From Octopus sinensis (Eukaryota): DNA of 64,000 nt. Positions 1-13,456 of this stretch are shown in pieces. The stretch spans positions 93,062,001 through 93,126,000 of the forward strand of contig NC_043006.1 of assembly GCF_006345805.1 (NCBI RefSeq), read 5' to 3'. Positions within the stretch are counted from its first letter, which is position 1. Each line of letters opens with the position of its first letter. The notes under the pieces are model-generated. The model made no database searches. It saw only the letters and a program-made list of their open reading frames with translations, and was not told the DNA's origin. Both the position numbers and the translations under genes were made by a program.

Positions 1-169
1 ATCTTTGTAGATATCAGTATTTCACAGTATTGACCAGTCCATTAAATGAATTTCACAGCTGGTCATAATACGCTTCCTCAGGTTGTTGTGGCTTTCGGAC
101 GATGCCACTCAGCTGAGCAGGAAAGCAGGCTAAGATCTCTCGGCTTCAACGGAACGCCAGTCAGTCTCA

Positions 170-317
170 GAGTTACCAATTTACAGCTGAAGAGAAGGCA
201 GTGGAATCATGTGAAATAAAGTGTTTTCCCGAGAATACAACGCACTGACGTTCCAGGAACTGAAACCACCATTTCGCGATCGTGAATGCAACTAAACATT
301 GGGACACGTGCCTTCCC
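170..317 (-). mobile_element. degenerate tRNA-derived SINE fragment
   Basis: Reverse complement of a tRNA-like head (GGAACTGAAACCACCATTTCGCGATCGTGAATGCAACTAAACATTGGG) plus a body similar to 18130-18335. Confidence 0.55.
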
Positions 318-394
318 ACACACACTCACAAACATACACAAAGAGACTTATACGCATACAGGCACACACATACCTACACATACATGTATATAAG

Positions 395-395
<1 letters not shown>

Positions 396-428
<33 letters not shown>

Positions 429-440
429 TGTGTGTGTGTG

Positions 441-473
<33 letters not shown>

Positions 474-484
474 TGTGTGTGTAG
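396..484. repeat. (AG)n/(TG)n microsatellite
   Basis: Seen directly. Confidence 0.95.
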
Positions 485-1145
485 TGAGAGGTGCCAATAA
501 AATATATTTTACCAACTTGCATTTCTCCCTGAAACAATCTTAAAGACTCATATTTTGCCGATTCCTTTAAATCCACCCCAACCTGCTTGTCATTCATTCT
601 AACAGTCGTGTCCATTTTTTTTATTTACTTATTCATTTATCTCTCTCTACCCATAATCGCTAGTAATTCCAAATTTCCTCATCTGCTATATCTCTACTGA
701 ATAGTTCCTATCGGATTCTTCCATTGTATTCTAATACCCATCCTGCTTCATTCTTTCCAATTCATTTCCTCTCCCTCATCCTACCCTCTTCCTACCCCCT
801 CATTCTTCCTCTTTACTTTGTCTTTTCCATATTTTTCCTGTTTTATTCTTTTCATTTATTTTCTCTCCTTTCTTTTATTTTGGGTCTTTCTTCTTCCTTT
901 CCTCTCGTTTATTTTTCCTCTTTTTTCTATATATTGTTTTTTTCATTTTCTGTACAATCTCTCCATCACAAGACCCTAGAGCAAGAAAACTATTTATAGA
1001 TGTGCAAATTCCATCCATTTTCAGTCATATCTTGCCAGGAAATCCTGTGCACCTACAGGTGAAACCTGGAGAATGTAAGAAACAAGAGACTGATTCGATG
1101 AAAATAATGCACGTAACACACACACACACACACAAATATGTATAT

Positions 1146-1180
<35 letters not shown>

Positions 1181-1318
1181 GGCGGCGAGCTAGCAGAATC
1201 GCTAGCACGCCGGGCGAAATGCGTAGCCGTATTTCGTCTGCCGTTACGTTTTTAATTCAAATTCCGCCGAGGTCGACTTTGCCTTTCATCATTTCGGAGT
1301 CGATTAAATAAGTATCAC
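1181..1318 (+). mobile_element. SINE, family A (GGCGGCGAGCTGGCAGAA head), 3'-truncated
   Basis: Shares TTCAAATTCCGCCGAGGTCGACTTTGCCTTTCATC with the copies at 9041, 35248 and 49327. Confidence 0.85.
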
Positions 1319-1369
1319 GTGCATGTCTTTTCGGAGAAAATTGACAATCTTTACTCCCTTCCCTTGGAA

Positions 1370-1646
1370 GTATATACTAATCCATTGTAAGCTCATTGCT
1401 GATATAAATTTACAAAATAGAACTCAACCTCATACGTCTAAAACGCCCCAATTTACTCTGAAGGATCACAAGTCCAACTTCTATTCTAAGATTTCCATTA
1501 GACTCATCTGCAGCACCAAATTGGACTTAGGTAGAATTAGTAATTGCATCATTGACCGTATTCTACTTCTTGCTAGAACTAACGTTAAGCTTCCACTCTG
1601 GAATTGCGCAGGAGACGTCATCACCTGGTTTATTAAAGGTACTTAA
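1370..1646 (+). pseudogene. PLE reverse transcriptase fragment (different family from the element at 23998)
   Basis: Translation FTLKDHKSNFYSKISIRLICSTKLDLGRIS...LWNCAGDVITWF aligns by eye to ITLKDHKDNFYSDPKVRLICPCKSDLGKLS...LWFSNNNTLKWF of the PLE at ~24560-24740. Confidence 0.8.
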
Positions 1647-1724
1647 TATTTTTTGTATATCGACCTGCACAACGCCCTTATTCTTACATTTACTCTTCTA
1701 CCTGCTGAAGGTAAAATCTCTCTA

Positions 1725-1812
<88 letters not shown>

Positions 1813-1940
1813 CTCTTTATATATATATATGTGTGTGTGTGTGTGTGAGTGTGTGTGTGTGTATGTGAGAGTGTGTATGTGTGCGCGTGCATACTTGTGT
1901 GTGTGTGAATGTATGTGTATATGTATATTTGTATATATGA
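1725..1940. repeat. (ATCT)n followed by (AT)n/(GT)n compound microsatellite
   Basis: Seen directly. Confidence 0.95.
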
Positions 1941-2299
1941 AAATCTTTTCCCTTTTACTTGTTTCAAACGCTAGATTACCGCCATGCTAGGACGCCGTCC
2001 TGAAAAGTATAGAATCACATCTTCCCTGGGTGGGAATGAACCACCAAACTTTCAACTATGGATATATTCTATTTTAAGTCATGTCAATTTCCTTAAGTCT
2101 GAATTGTGTCTGCTAACTTCACTTCGTCTCATTAAATATCTTCGAAAGACGTAAAGAAAATTTCCTGATATATTGTTAATGTGTGTATAAACTATATTTC
2201 TTTTCTGTGACACACATTTATATATACCTGTAATAAATATGTGTACACCTGTATGTTTGTGTTTGTGTGTGTGCCGATATGCATGTGCGTCTCTGTAGA

Positions 2300-3005
2300 C
2301 AGTTGTGGGTTAATGAATGGTCAGTTCGTTTTGCCCATTGCCTGGCATCTCGAGTCTTTTACAACAAAATGCTTGTGAATGAAATTGAATGAACGGAAAC
2401 TAAGTAAAAGGAGTGATGGACTCTGCCGGTAATTCCGTCGTGCACCATAGTCACACTTCAACTTGTTAGAAAGCCGGCAACAGTTATGTGTCTCTTTGAA
2501 AAACTCGACTAACTTAAACATTAAGTGACATCACTCACCAAGTCCTTTGTGAGCCGCTCTCCGGCTATCTATCTGCGGCTTTATATAGCTATGGTGCGAC
2601 CTCACCCGGAATTTGCATCTCCGGTCTGGAACTCCTATCTTGCCCAGGATAGTAATCGTCTGGACGCCGTTCAGTGACGTGCAACCAAGAGAATACCCTC
2701 CATCAGGCACAGCTCCCATGACTTTCGGAAACATGTTTTTCATGCTAAGGGTTGCTGAAGCATGGAACAAACTGCCGGCATCAGTTGTTAGTTGTCGGAG
2801 CACTGCATCCTTCAAAACTTCCATGCTTCCTGAGATTTGCCAACACTACACCTGATTTTCTCCCCTCCATACACACGCAAGAATGTATCTGACTCATACA
2901 CTGTTCACTTCCCAGACATTTGTACATTACTACATATGCTTTATACGCACTTTTGACAAGTTGTGGTGCACCTGAGCACTGTATACAATAATTTCATTAT
3001 ATATA
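2300..3005 (+). mobile_element. CR1-type LINE 3' fragment with internal deletion
   Basis: LYIAMVRPHPEFASPVWNSYLAQD...VQ*RATKRIPS is joined at ~2710 directly to the C-terminal LRVAEAWNKLPASVVSCRSTASFK. A 3'UTR follows, ending in AATAATTTCATTAT. Confidence 0.8.
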
Positions 3006-5295
3006 TTAATTCAATATTTTTTTTCCATTTGATCGAAAAACTGGATGCGTATTCGAATTCGAAATCGATGTGCAACGCCACTAAACGAATATATACACAC
3101 CTGCACCACCAAACGCACATACACCAATGCGATAGCGCTTCGTAGGGACAATAAAGCGTGTTAATGTATATTATTAATCAGTTCTATATCCATATTCTTA
3201 TTTAAGATAGAGTGTGCAGTTTACAGGGTCGTCAACGATAATATTTAATAGGAATGCCTAATAGCTATATGTATTATGTACTTGTATTAAATATATGATC
3301 GTAAAATGCTATTAGCATGTTCGTATTTATCACAGGACAAAATTGGAAAGCTAATAGAAATAATAGAATACGTAGTTCCTACACACAATGAAAACTTTAC
3401 GAAGTACTGAGAATCTACTTCAAAGCAGCCAGTTTGGCGTTCGGCAACTATTTGCCAGGAGTTGTGGAAATTGTAGATCAAATCAGAGTCGTAGTAAAAT
3501 ACCACATGTAAACCATTTGAAGGCTGTGCCTGTTTTATATGAGCAGCACATAATTCCAATTATGTCTTCTACATCTATCACTCCGAGTCCGTGTATCACA
3601 AAGCCGTTATCAACAATTTCATCTTTTATCTTTTATTGCTGTATTTTCTTGCTTTCCTAACACATTGAATTAGCAATTCATTACGTTACTACTGATCATA
3701 TATAATTTGATCTTGAGAATATCAATTTCCCTTTGATTATCAATCGACACAAACGATTCTGAAATAATCTTAATCCTAACTTCATTTAGCCAAACGATCG
3801 TCTAATAGGCTGCACCAATTTCCATTCATTTCACTTTGACTGCATGTTATCGTAATTAATCGTACATCTAGGACTTGATTATTTTGCTGTTCATGTAGTT
3901 CATAGCCAAAGAATAGTATTTTTTCGGCAGCGAAAAGTTTTAGAATCGTTTAACTGACTTTTATATATTATCATATTTCTTGCGTGCAATGATATTTCTA
4001 GACTAGCTTCGCGATCAGACCATTTTGAGCAAAGACAACGAGAGAGAGAGAAATATGGGAATGATAAACTTAGAAACAAGTTTTAGGCGTATTAAATTGG
4101 AACATGAACCCTCATGATTCTATATTTACTGGGCCGTTGCAGTTCATTTATCAGATTCGAATAAACGTATTATTTTACTAAAAATTCTCTTCCAAACAGA
4201 TTGCCGTTCCTGTGTAGTGTGTTCTGTAGTGTTTTATATATTATGAGATACATTCCAGCTCCTATTTCACTCTGTGATTCAATGAGAGTGAAAATCTGAT
4301 TGAGACTATAATAAATAGACCTCAGATAATCTCTGCTTCTCTTCATCGATTATCTCCCCAACCACTGTTTGTCCTTCAATAATCTAATCTCGCATTCAGA
4401 CTTAAAACACAAAAAAGCTAGAATCTAATGTCTGAATAAAATTTTTAAAACTGTAATAATATTGTTATCAAGGATGATAACTGATGGCTAATGATATAAC
4501 GCTGCCCCTCCCTCAGATCCTTACAGAGCACCTGTCATTATTTAGTTAAAGTTCCATCGCTGTTTCAGCATGATTTCGTGCGTGTTTCCTTACGTTATTG
4601 TTGCTGCTTTATATGACGTTTAAAATATCAGGGAACGCCATACAGAGTTAAATATATGCTTCTGGAAGAACCTAGGCATACCTCAAGTGAACCAGACTGT
4701 GCAAACATTGCTTGGCCGAGAGGAAAATGACTCTAAAGAAATCGGTCGATTCGGGTACCTTTGAATTCAAAAAGTGAAATTGTTAGTCGGTGCCCTCATG
4801 ATGAAAAAAATGTTTTGTACATGCGCTCCCTCTCGTTTACGGACTAGTAAAGGGAAAACCATACACAAAATAACTTATTCCGGATGCAATTGGTATCCTT
4901 CGAGGGGTGGTAACTCCCTTCCTCTCAGAATGTTTTCTTTTCCTGTTTTTGTTCCAGGGTTTTTCACAGCTAAGCGGAACAAGCCTGTATGTTTCCCTCT
5001 GTTAGTAAAGAGATTTGCCTCCGGGAAGTAGGTCTGATGCGTCGCCTCTATTGCTAAGTGTCATAGTTGACGTCAAACCAATGGAAACTTTCTGACCAGA
5101 CATAAACGATGGTACACTACACGGCTCTGTCAAACATTCCTTTCAGAAAATAAATTACCATACTCTATCTCAATGTATACTTTGTGACCTTCAGTAAATG
5201 GGTGACTAGTGAAAACTGTACATAATTATACATACATACATACATACACACATACATACATACATACATGCATACATACATACATACATACATAC

Positions 5296-5613
5296 TTCTA
5301 CTATAGGCTTCAGGCAGACAAAAGCCTTGGGAGTGGATTAAGTAAACGGAAACTGAAAGAAGCCCGTCGCATATATGCATATATATCTCTATGTACGTGT
5401 GTGTCTGTATCTGGATTTGCCCCACCACCACCACTTGACTACCCGTACTGGTGTGTATACGTCCCCGTAAATTAGCGGTTCAGCAAAAGCGCCCGACCAA
5501 ATAAGTAGCAAGTTTTAAAAACTAAAATAAGTAATTGGATCGATACATTCGACTAAAAATTCAAGTCGGAACTGTAGCATGGCCGCAGTCTAATGATTGA
5601 AACAAGTAAAAGA
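5296..5613 (+). mobile_element. SINE, family B (internal microsatellite), head-truncated
   Basis: GACAAAAGCCTTGGGAGTGGATT...GGAAACTGAAAGAAGCCCGTCG ... AGCATGGCCGCAGTC...GAAACAAGTAAAAG, shared with the copies at 10258, 55806 and 57335. Confidence 0.8.
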
Positions 5614-5774
5614 AAGATTTTCAAAAATGCATGTATCTATGTATGCATGTATATACATATGTATGCGTATGAATGTGTGTATGCATGCATGTATGTATTA
5701 TGTCCGATTATTTCTATTTCCCCGCGCATGATACAACCTTAAGCCTTAAGAAGAAAAAAAAACGAAAAAAAAAC

Positions 5775-6085
5775 ACATTTCTTGGATGGCCGTTGACCCT
5801 CAAGAGTTCCTCCGCCCTTTGATGGGTTTTGTTTTTCATCCCGCAGGGTGTCCAATAAACACTCTCCTCACCAAGCAAGCTTGGTGGGGTTGCCGGTTTA
5901 GTCGCCGACGACCCGACCATGCAACAGGTTGTTCTGAGTCACATGTTACCAGTAGCACTCGAAAGTGACCTGAAAAGACATTGTAGATCTTTAGCTGGGC
6001 TAAAAAGTCACATTCGATCACAGCACCAGTAACAGTTAAGCTTCCTGCAATGGCCGTACTCGATAACGAGGGGGCAGCCGTAATG
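5775..6085 (+). mobile_element. short RTE-derived element (structured 5' part fused to RTE 3' end)
   Basis: 5976-6032 encodes RHCRSLAGLKSHIRSQHQ*, the RTE C-terminal Zn-finger half, followed by the RTE-type tail GGCCGTACTCGATAACGAGGGGGCAGCCG. An RTE 5'UTR identity for the upstream part is recalled, not verified. Confidence 0.6.
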
Positions 6086-6156
6086 TATTATGTACGTATG
6101 TATGTGTGTATGTATGTATGTATGTATGTGTGTGTATATATGTACGTATGCATGTC

Positions 6157-7510
6157 ATTATTCAGGTTGTCTCAAGATTTCTTGCCAATAGAGAAAGAAC
6201 CGGTTTCTAACCTAGATCCAAGATTCCTTCATTGAAATTTAAACAACAGGGTATTTTTATTTGTTTGTATGTTTGTATGTATGTATGCAGATTTGCATGT
6301 TTTGATTTATGAATGTATTCTCATGTATATAGTTCCATATCTAGACATGCTCATATATATTTAAATGATAAACATCTGGTATGTTTTACATATTTTTACA
6401 GTTCCAGTGATGGATAGGATCTGTAGCTTTCTCCTTTCCCGGTTTTGAGAAGCCTAATTTCTCACGATTGTTATTTAGGCAGTGTTTTACATATCCCAGG
6501 GCCCCTATAATTACAGCTATAAATCTGAACTTGTAATTTCGATAGAGTAACTGCAGATTTCTCAATAGTTCAGCGTAGATATTCTCCTTTTCACTGATCT
6601 TCAGCTTTATGTTAACATCCACTGGGCAGATAATTTCCACAACTGTACACAGTTTCTCTTCTCTATCCCAAATCATTATATCAGGTCTGTTGTGCTTACA
6701 TTTTATTGAGATCTTCAGTGGTTTATTCCACCAGTGATCCTTTACTTTTTGAGTGGTTACGGCTTCTACCATATAGTGGGTTTTTATTTCACTGTCCTCA
6801 GGATTATCCTTCCGACGGATTTCATTATAGAGTGTCCTAGCTACAAGGCCTTGTCTCCTCGGTAGATGATACCGTGATGACATTTTCGGACAACTGCTCA
6901 TGATGTGGGTGATATCTTCAGTGTGAACTCCACAAAGTCTGCATCGGTTGTCATATTTTACGGCTTTTCCCGCATCTCTATCCCTTTTTTCCATAAGGTA
7001 CTTGGTTGATATTTCCTGTTCCTGGATTGCAAGCGCGTACCCTTCAAAGTGGGAGGTAGTAATCTGGCTATTCGTATTTATGTATGTATGAATGATTGTT
7101 AACAGTTTCGAATTGTCACCCATTTACTGAAGATCCAAAAGCATACATCGCAAATTATTTTAAGAAAGAAAGGCTTGATAGAGTGTTTGAAGATTCAATA
7201 ACTTAGGTGTTTCCATCATTTTAGCCCATATAAGTGTGTATGTACGTGTGCGATTGTCCGTGTGGCTCTGGGCATCTGGGCGTGTGTTTAAATGAATTAA
7301 GTAATAGTATTTGGTAGTTAATCTTTGAATTAGGTGTCTCCTTTCTTTGCTACTCCTATGTATTTTCAGACTGTTTATGATGGAACTAATACTGCGGGAC
7401 GGGAAGCAAACGGAATAAAAAGTATCGGACATGATATGCGAACAATTCCTAAAAGAACAGAAATATGGAAGATCATATGTGCTTGAAATTATTCATGTCG
7501 CATTGTTGAG
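6157..7510 (-). mobile_element. Dong/R4-type RLE non-LTR retrotransposon, 3' fragment
   Basis: ORF 6386-7123 has a CCHC knuckle (CRLCGVHTEDITHIMSSC) and a restriction-like endonuclease motif (NRPDIMIWD...VEIICPVD...K). 3'UTR extends to ~6157. Confidence 0.9.
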
Positions 7511-7589
7511 AAATGTTTATTTATTCATACCGTTATTTTTTCTATATTTTTCTTCTTCTTACATCATGTACTGCATTCCTTGTTTCCAA

Positions 7590-7849
7590 ACGGAAATCTA
7601 TGTGTGAGCATGCACACACACACACATACACACACACACACGAACACACGCATGTACGTATATATGTAAGTTACATAATGTTAAAACGAAAAATGACAAG
7701 CACGCACACATACATATACTTATATGCATGAAAATACTTAAACACACGCACATATATACCTACAAATATATATATATATATACCTACATATATATAGATA
7801 TGTATGTATACATACACGCACTCACACACAGACACACACACACACACAA

Positions 7850-7883
<34 letters not shown>

Positions 7884-8145
7884 AAATATATACTTACATA
7901 CATGAATGTATGTGTGCATGCATGTGCCTGTGTGGGTGTTCTTTTTTATTTATATTCATGTATGTGTAAATGTATGATATATATGTAGAAATGCACATGT
8001 AAATGTATAAATACGTATGGCTGGATATATACATATCGATTTGTATGTAGCTATATATACATATATATATATATATGGATGTTTGTGCGTATATATACAC
8101 ACATTATATATATGTATATGTATATATGTGTGTGTGTGTTTGTGT

Positions 8146-8200
<55 letters not shown>
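7590..8200. repeat. long compound (CA)/(AT)/(GT) microsatellite tract
   Basis: Seen directly; it explains several spurious ORFs. Confidence 0.9.
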
Positions 8201-8201
<1 letters not shown>

Positions 8202-9040
8202 GTATATCTCGTGCTGTGTTATTTCACGTTATTTCTCCTACTCTAGTTTCGTGCAGTGTCATCCCAATTCTAAGGAATCAACGCATAAAATACATGAATA
8301 AAATAAAACATATAAAATTTAAAAAATATAAAAATACGTGCACTCTCTCAATGTTTTGTTTTCCTTTCGTAACCATTACTTGGTATATGTACATCCATCA
8401 TGTTTTTATTGGTTTTCTGATTGACTTTGTATATCTGCACAATACCTCTTTCTTTGAAAATGTAAACAGATGTTTCCTCTAAGATTTCTGACTATAACGA
8501 AGCGTATTATAATAAGCAGTAGATACGTTGCCGCATTTCCTCGTGATCTCTACTGTCCGATCTAAAATATTCATTTACATCAGACCTCATAGTTGTCTGT
8601 GCTGAAGGACTGCATTAATATCTCCTGTGTTTGAATGTGCCCGTACACACACTCATACACACAAGCGTGCGCATCTCAAACATATAAATCTGTACACAAC
8701 GCATGCATACACGTTTTGTGATTGATTCATTTCTGTTATATGTTTTACCTTTCCTTTAATATGTTCCTGTATCCATTTTCGAAATTCTTTTATTTCCTTC
8801 ACCTGATTTATTGCCGCAGATTATTTCAATACCTTCTTGTTGCTATTGGATGTCAACCAATACTGTAATACTTATCGAAATGAAGCTGCCACCGATATAG
8901 CTTCCGAAATAACTGCAGATAATCCAAAACTAAAGACAGTACAATGGAAAATAAATAAGGTTACATGGATATTGTTTAATTAAATTATATCTCAGAAATA
9001 TATGCCTACTCAAGTTATATGCTTTTGGTTACATCATATA

Positions 9041-9451
9041 TATTTCTTTACTGCGCACAAGGGGCTAAACATAGAGGGGACAAACAGGGACAGACAAGCG
9101 GATTAAGTCGATTACATCGACCCCAGTGCGAAACTGGTATTTAATTTATCGACCCCAAAAAGAGAAAGGCAAAGTCGACCTCGGCGGAATTTGAACTCAG
9201 AACATAACGACAGACGAAATACCTATTTCTTTATTACCCACAAGGGGCTAAACGTAGAGGGGACAAACAAGGACAGACATAGGTATTAAGTCGATTACAT
9301 TGACCCCAGTGCGTAACTGGTACTTAATTTATCGACCCCGAAAGGATGAAAGGTAAAGTCGACCTCGGCGGAATTTGAACTCAGAACATAACGACAGACG
9401 AAATACCTCTAAGCATTTCGCCCGACGTGATGACGTTTCTGCCAGCTCGCC
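9041..9451 (-). mobile_element. SINE family A dimer (one head, two bodies) with 13-bp TSD
   Basis: Two ~185-bp bodies in tandem. GTTACATCATATA occurs at 9028-9040 and 9452-9464. Confidence 0.9.
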
Positions 9452-10257
9452 GTTACATCATATAACCTGGCAAAATCTATTCTGTGGTCGGGTGGTGGTC
9501 AACACGGCTGTTCCACTTTTCAGGTAACATACATTTACTGGGAGAATCTGCATATCCAGCAGGTATTAAAAACAAAGAGCGGAGGAACATGTCACAAGTC
9601 TGCTAGCAGCTTTCCATACTCGAAGAGAATGGCGACGCTAACATGGCATGCACTGAAACACATATTTTTAAAAATAAACTCCTTGGGCTACAATAATCTA
9701 TGTAAATAGATTCAAACGAAATGGACAAGAAGTTGAAAATATGATCCTTCCGACTGCTAATTAATTGTTGTATTCAGTAATTATTTTTTGTATTTATTAG
9801 ATCATTATCTCCAGGAGAAATTGTTTGGTATTTTTTATCATTCAAGACTCATCGGTTAATATTGTAAGAGTCAGATTGAAAATAAAAAAGAAATGCATTT
9901 ACTGTCTGAGAACGATTGAAAATTTCTACCCCAACAAACACAATGATCCCCATTTTCCCATATAATTGCCTTCGTCTTCATTTATTCAATAGCTCCCCCC
10001 CCCCATTCACAAACATGTGCATATACGATGTAGGCAGGCTTATTTTAATAACTACATTTCTACACTCTTCATTGTTAATATCTTCCACTGTTTGCATTTA
10101 TACACTTACATCGGCCTATTTATTTTCCGGGACGATATCCATGGAACACCAAATACGGTTAGTTCTCTCCCTTAGTCTTAATTTTCAGCGAAAGTAATAT
10201 TTTCTCTTACCCATATGGTATAAGGTTTCAACAAAAGCCAATCTGTGTAGGTGTAGA

Positions 10258-10435
10258 GGGGCAGGTGTGGTGTGTGGTAGAGAGTCTGCTTCCTATCCAG
10301 TTGATTCCAGGTTCAGTCCCACTGCATGACACTATGGGTTTGCGTCTTCTACTCTAGTATCAGGCTGACCAAAGCCTGGAGAGTGGATTTCGTAAACGGG
10401 AAAACGGGAAAGTAAATGAAGCCCGGAGTGTACAT

Positions 10436-10527
<92 letters not shown>

Positions 10528-10735
10528 TACTGTGTGATTGTGTGTCCCACCGGCTTGAAAACCGGTGTTCATGGATTTATATTCCCATAACTAAGTGGCT
10601 CGGCAAAAGAGCAAGATTCTTTAAATGAGCAAGAGCCTTTAAAAATCATGTACCTGGGCCGATTCATTCAACTAAAATTACATCAAGGCGTGCCCCAGCA
10701 TGACCACAGTCTGATTACTGAAACAAGTAGAACAT
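10258..10735 (+). mobile_element. SINE family B, full length, with internal (CA)n(TA)n
   Basis: tRNA-like head with B-box-like GGTTCAGTCCC, the family B core and the family B 3' end. Confidence 0.8.
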
Positions 10736-12989
10736 AATCACTCGCTGTAATTCTAAAGACTTCGTCTTCATAAATGCTAGACAATGGAATTGTAGTTAAT
10801 AGATTCCATTTTTAAAGAAATACTTACATTATTGAATGTCACATCTGATTACGAATTGTTATCAAGAAAGATTTCCGCGAATTCCTCAGTTTCACCTCTG
10901 TGTATAAAACAGTTTATGTTGTAATGCCGCATTGCTTATTATTCTGGCTTTGACGACCTTTATCTGTTTTGAAATCATCCTATGTCTATAGAGGATTACA
11001 AATCTAATAAATTTATAAAGAGTTGCTCCTCAATGTCATTGAGAATACGATTGACGTTGTATGACAATTAATGGAGAAAAACCTCTCAATAAAAGATGGT
11101 TTATCAGAGGTTAGTTGTGTCTTGCCGCCATATTCTTACTGCCAAACTCCTTTGGGGACTTAGGGTATTTGACAGAAGCATAGAATAGAATCCTTCTTAA
11201 GTAATCAGTTTTATCTTCGTTGTTGCTGAAACCCGTGCCTGACATAACAGAGCAGACTTGCTTTATTTCCATTGTACCTAAAACAATTCAACCGGTACTC
11301 ATACAGTATGTTGGGTGATTTGAAGATTTGTCTTCTATTTTAGCCGGTCCAGCCACGACATAGAATCCTCTCCTCCGTAGCTTCACAGATAACTAGTTAA
11401 CACTTTTAGCTGATAGACGGAACTCTAAAACTTCGATTAATCTCGTTGACCGGCAAAATAATACATCTTTATTATTTATACCTACTAAATATACTGACAA
11501 ATTATATTCTCATTGGAAATTTCACCAATTGAAATTCAAGCTTATTTATGACTAAGAATATAGTTGCAAAACCTAATTTGAAAAATTAATCTTTCAATGC
11601 CAATAAAGAATATATTCATGATTTATTTGTTTAAGATATTGGTCTTGAGAAGTCAACAATAAGAATATCTTATCTTGATTTCGCAGTAGGAAACTGTCAG
11701 ATTTATTTAAACGTGGTTTATCGTTGATAAACTCCTGCTGATAGAACATGTCTAGACAAATACAAAAGATATCCGTTACAAGTATCTGTGTTGTAATTAA
11801 ATATAATTTCACTTGATTAAGGAGAACATCAAGTATCGATCTTTTGTTTGATGTGGTAAAATGAAGGTTAATGCAGTCAGTAATCATTTCTGTGTGAAAC
11901 AAATGCGATGTCGACTGACTAACTTTTCACACATATAGAAAGAAGCAACTTCTAGTATAAACCAGGTGGTAGTTAATATCGAGCGATGTTGTAGATTCTA
12001 TTTAACACTACATATTCACTGAAAGGAGTTTACTTTCGCTATAATTGCGATAGTAGATACGGTATGACTCCCACGAGAGTCTGAAAGCAGAAAAATCTAA
12101 AATTTCAATAATTTTCGATCGCTGTCGACTAAGCACATTAGAAACACCACTATGGGTGCAGATACAGAGGTGTACTTACATTCATGAATTATTAAGAACT
12201 TTGACCAATAATGTTATATTCGTATGTATTCAAAACAATGGATAAACATTCTTTAGTTTAGTAAATGTTTTTGCACGAAATTCTAGTCTTTTTACTCATC
12301 ATATTAGTTCCCAACTAAGACACACACGCGCGCGCGCATTGCTTCATCCTTACTTGCTTCTACGGAATTCCCCCCACCCAGTATTTTATACGGTAAAATC
12401 CAAAATTATTAATTGTCACATTATTAATTAGCTTATAACAGCAATGCCTGGAAAAATCATGGATTACATGGAAAAATACGAGCATGCAAAGTAATATTCT
12501 TAAGATTATAAACTTGAAAAAGTACAGGACAAGTTATTACACCTGGTAATAATTATTGTAGGTATATAATAATATAAATATAGTGATATAAATATAATTA
12601 TGATCAAGGGTACCTAAGAGGCACCACCATGCCAGAAATAGGCATCAAAACCGACTCTAGAACCACATCATGTATTCATATAGCACAGGTGAAAAGATAA
12701 ATGAATTCTACGGAATTTCCAACCAGTAAAACCCCCAGCATCGACTCGAAGAAATGTAATCACTCAATGGAAATAGTCAGGACGTCCGTCTTCAACATTT
12801 CAGAACAACACTAACTGAGGGACACTCTCCACCCTCACTTAGAGATGATGGAATTAAACGTGCCAAGAAAACAGGCATGAAAAGACTAAGCAGAGACAAA
12901 GCGAGACACCACACCTCATCTCCAAGCAAGCAAAACCAACCTCGCCGAATAAAGAATCGAATCAACGCCCGCATCTCTTTCTCTTTAAA

Positions 12990-13086
12990 ACCTGGTACTT
13001 ATGCTATTGGTCTCTTTTACTGAAACGTTAAGTTACGAGGATTTAAACACAACAATACCAGTCGTTAAGAGGTGATGGGAAACAAA

Positions 13087-13129
<43 letters not shown>

Positions 13130-13260
13130 ATATATGACGGGCTTCTTTCAGATTCTGCTTACCAAATCCACACACAAGTCTTCAGTCGGTTCGCTGTTAT
13201 GCTAAAAGACACTTGCCCAAGATTCCACGCAGTGGGACTAAAGCAAACTTCTTACTACAC
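12990..13260 (-). mobile_element. SINE family B
   Basis: Reverse complement of the family B core and head (CACGCAGTGGGACT, GACACTTGCCCAAG). Confidence 0.75.
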
Positions 13261-13276
13261 AAATAATATATATATA

Positions 13277-13403
13277 CAGGGTGTCCACAAAGTCTGGCAA
13301 CATGGAGTAATTAAAATCATAACATAAACAATTAAATATAAGGAATAATAATTTTTTAAAGTATGTGTTAATCCCCATCTACCCAGACTTTGTGGACATC
13401 CTG
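13277..13403. mobile_element. Tc1/mariner-type MITE
   Basis: TIRs CAGGGTGTCCACAAAGTCTGG / CCAGACTTTGTGGACATCCTG, with TA on the left flank. Confidence 0.85.
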
Positions 13404-13417
13404 TGTGTGTGTATATA

Positions 13418-13456
<39 letters not shown>

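Noticed and set aside
3726-3743. FPFDYQ, resembling the Cys-loop signature
   Set aside because: Bounded by stops within a few codons, no flanking cysteines, and on the opposite strand to the ORF at 3287-3559.
9041-9451. CRISPR-like or regularly spaced repeat array (also 49327-49830)
   Set aside because: The units are whole SINE bodies without unique spacers, in a eukaryotic context.
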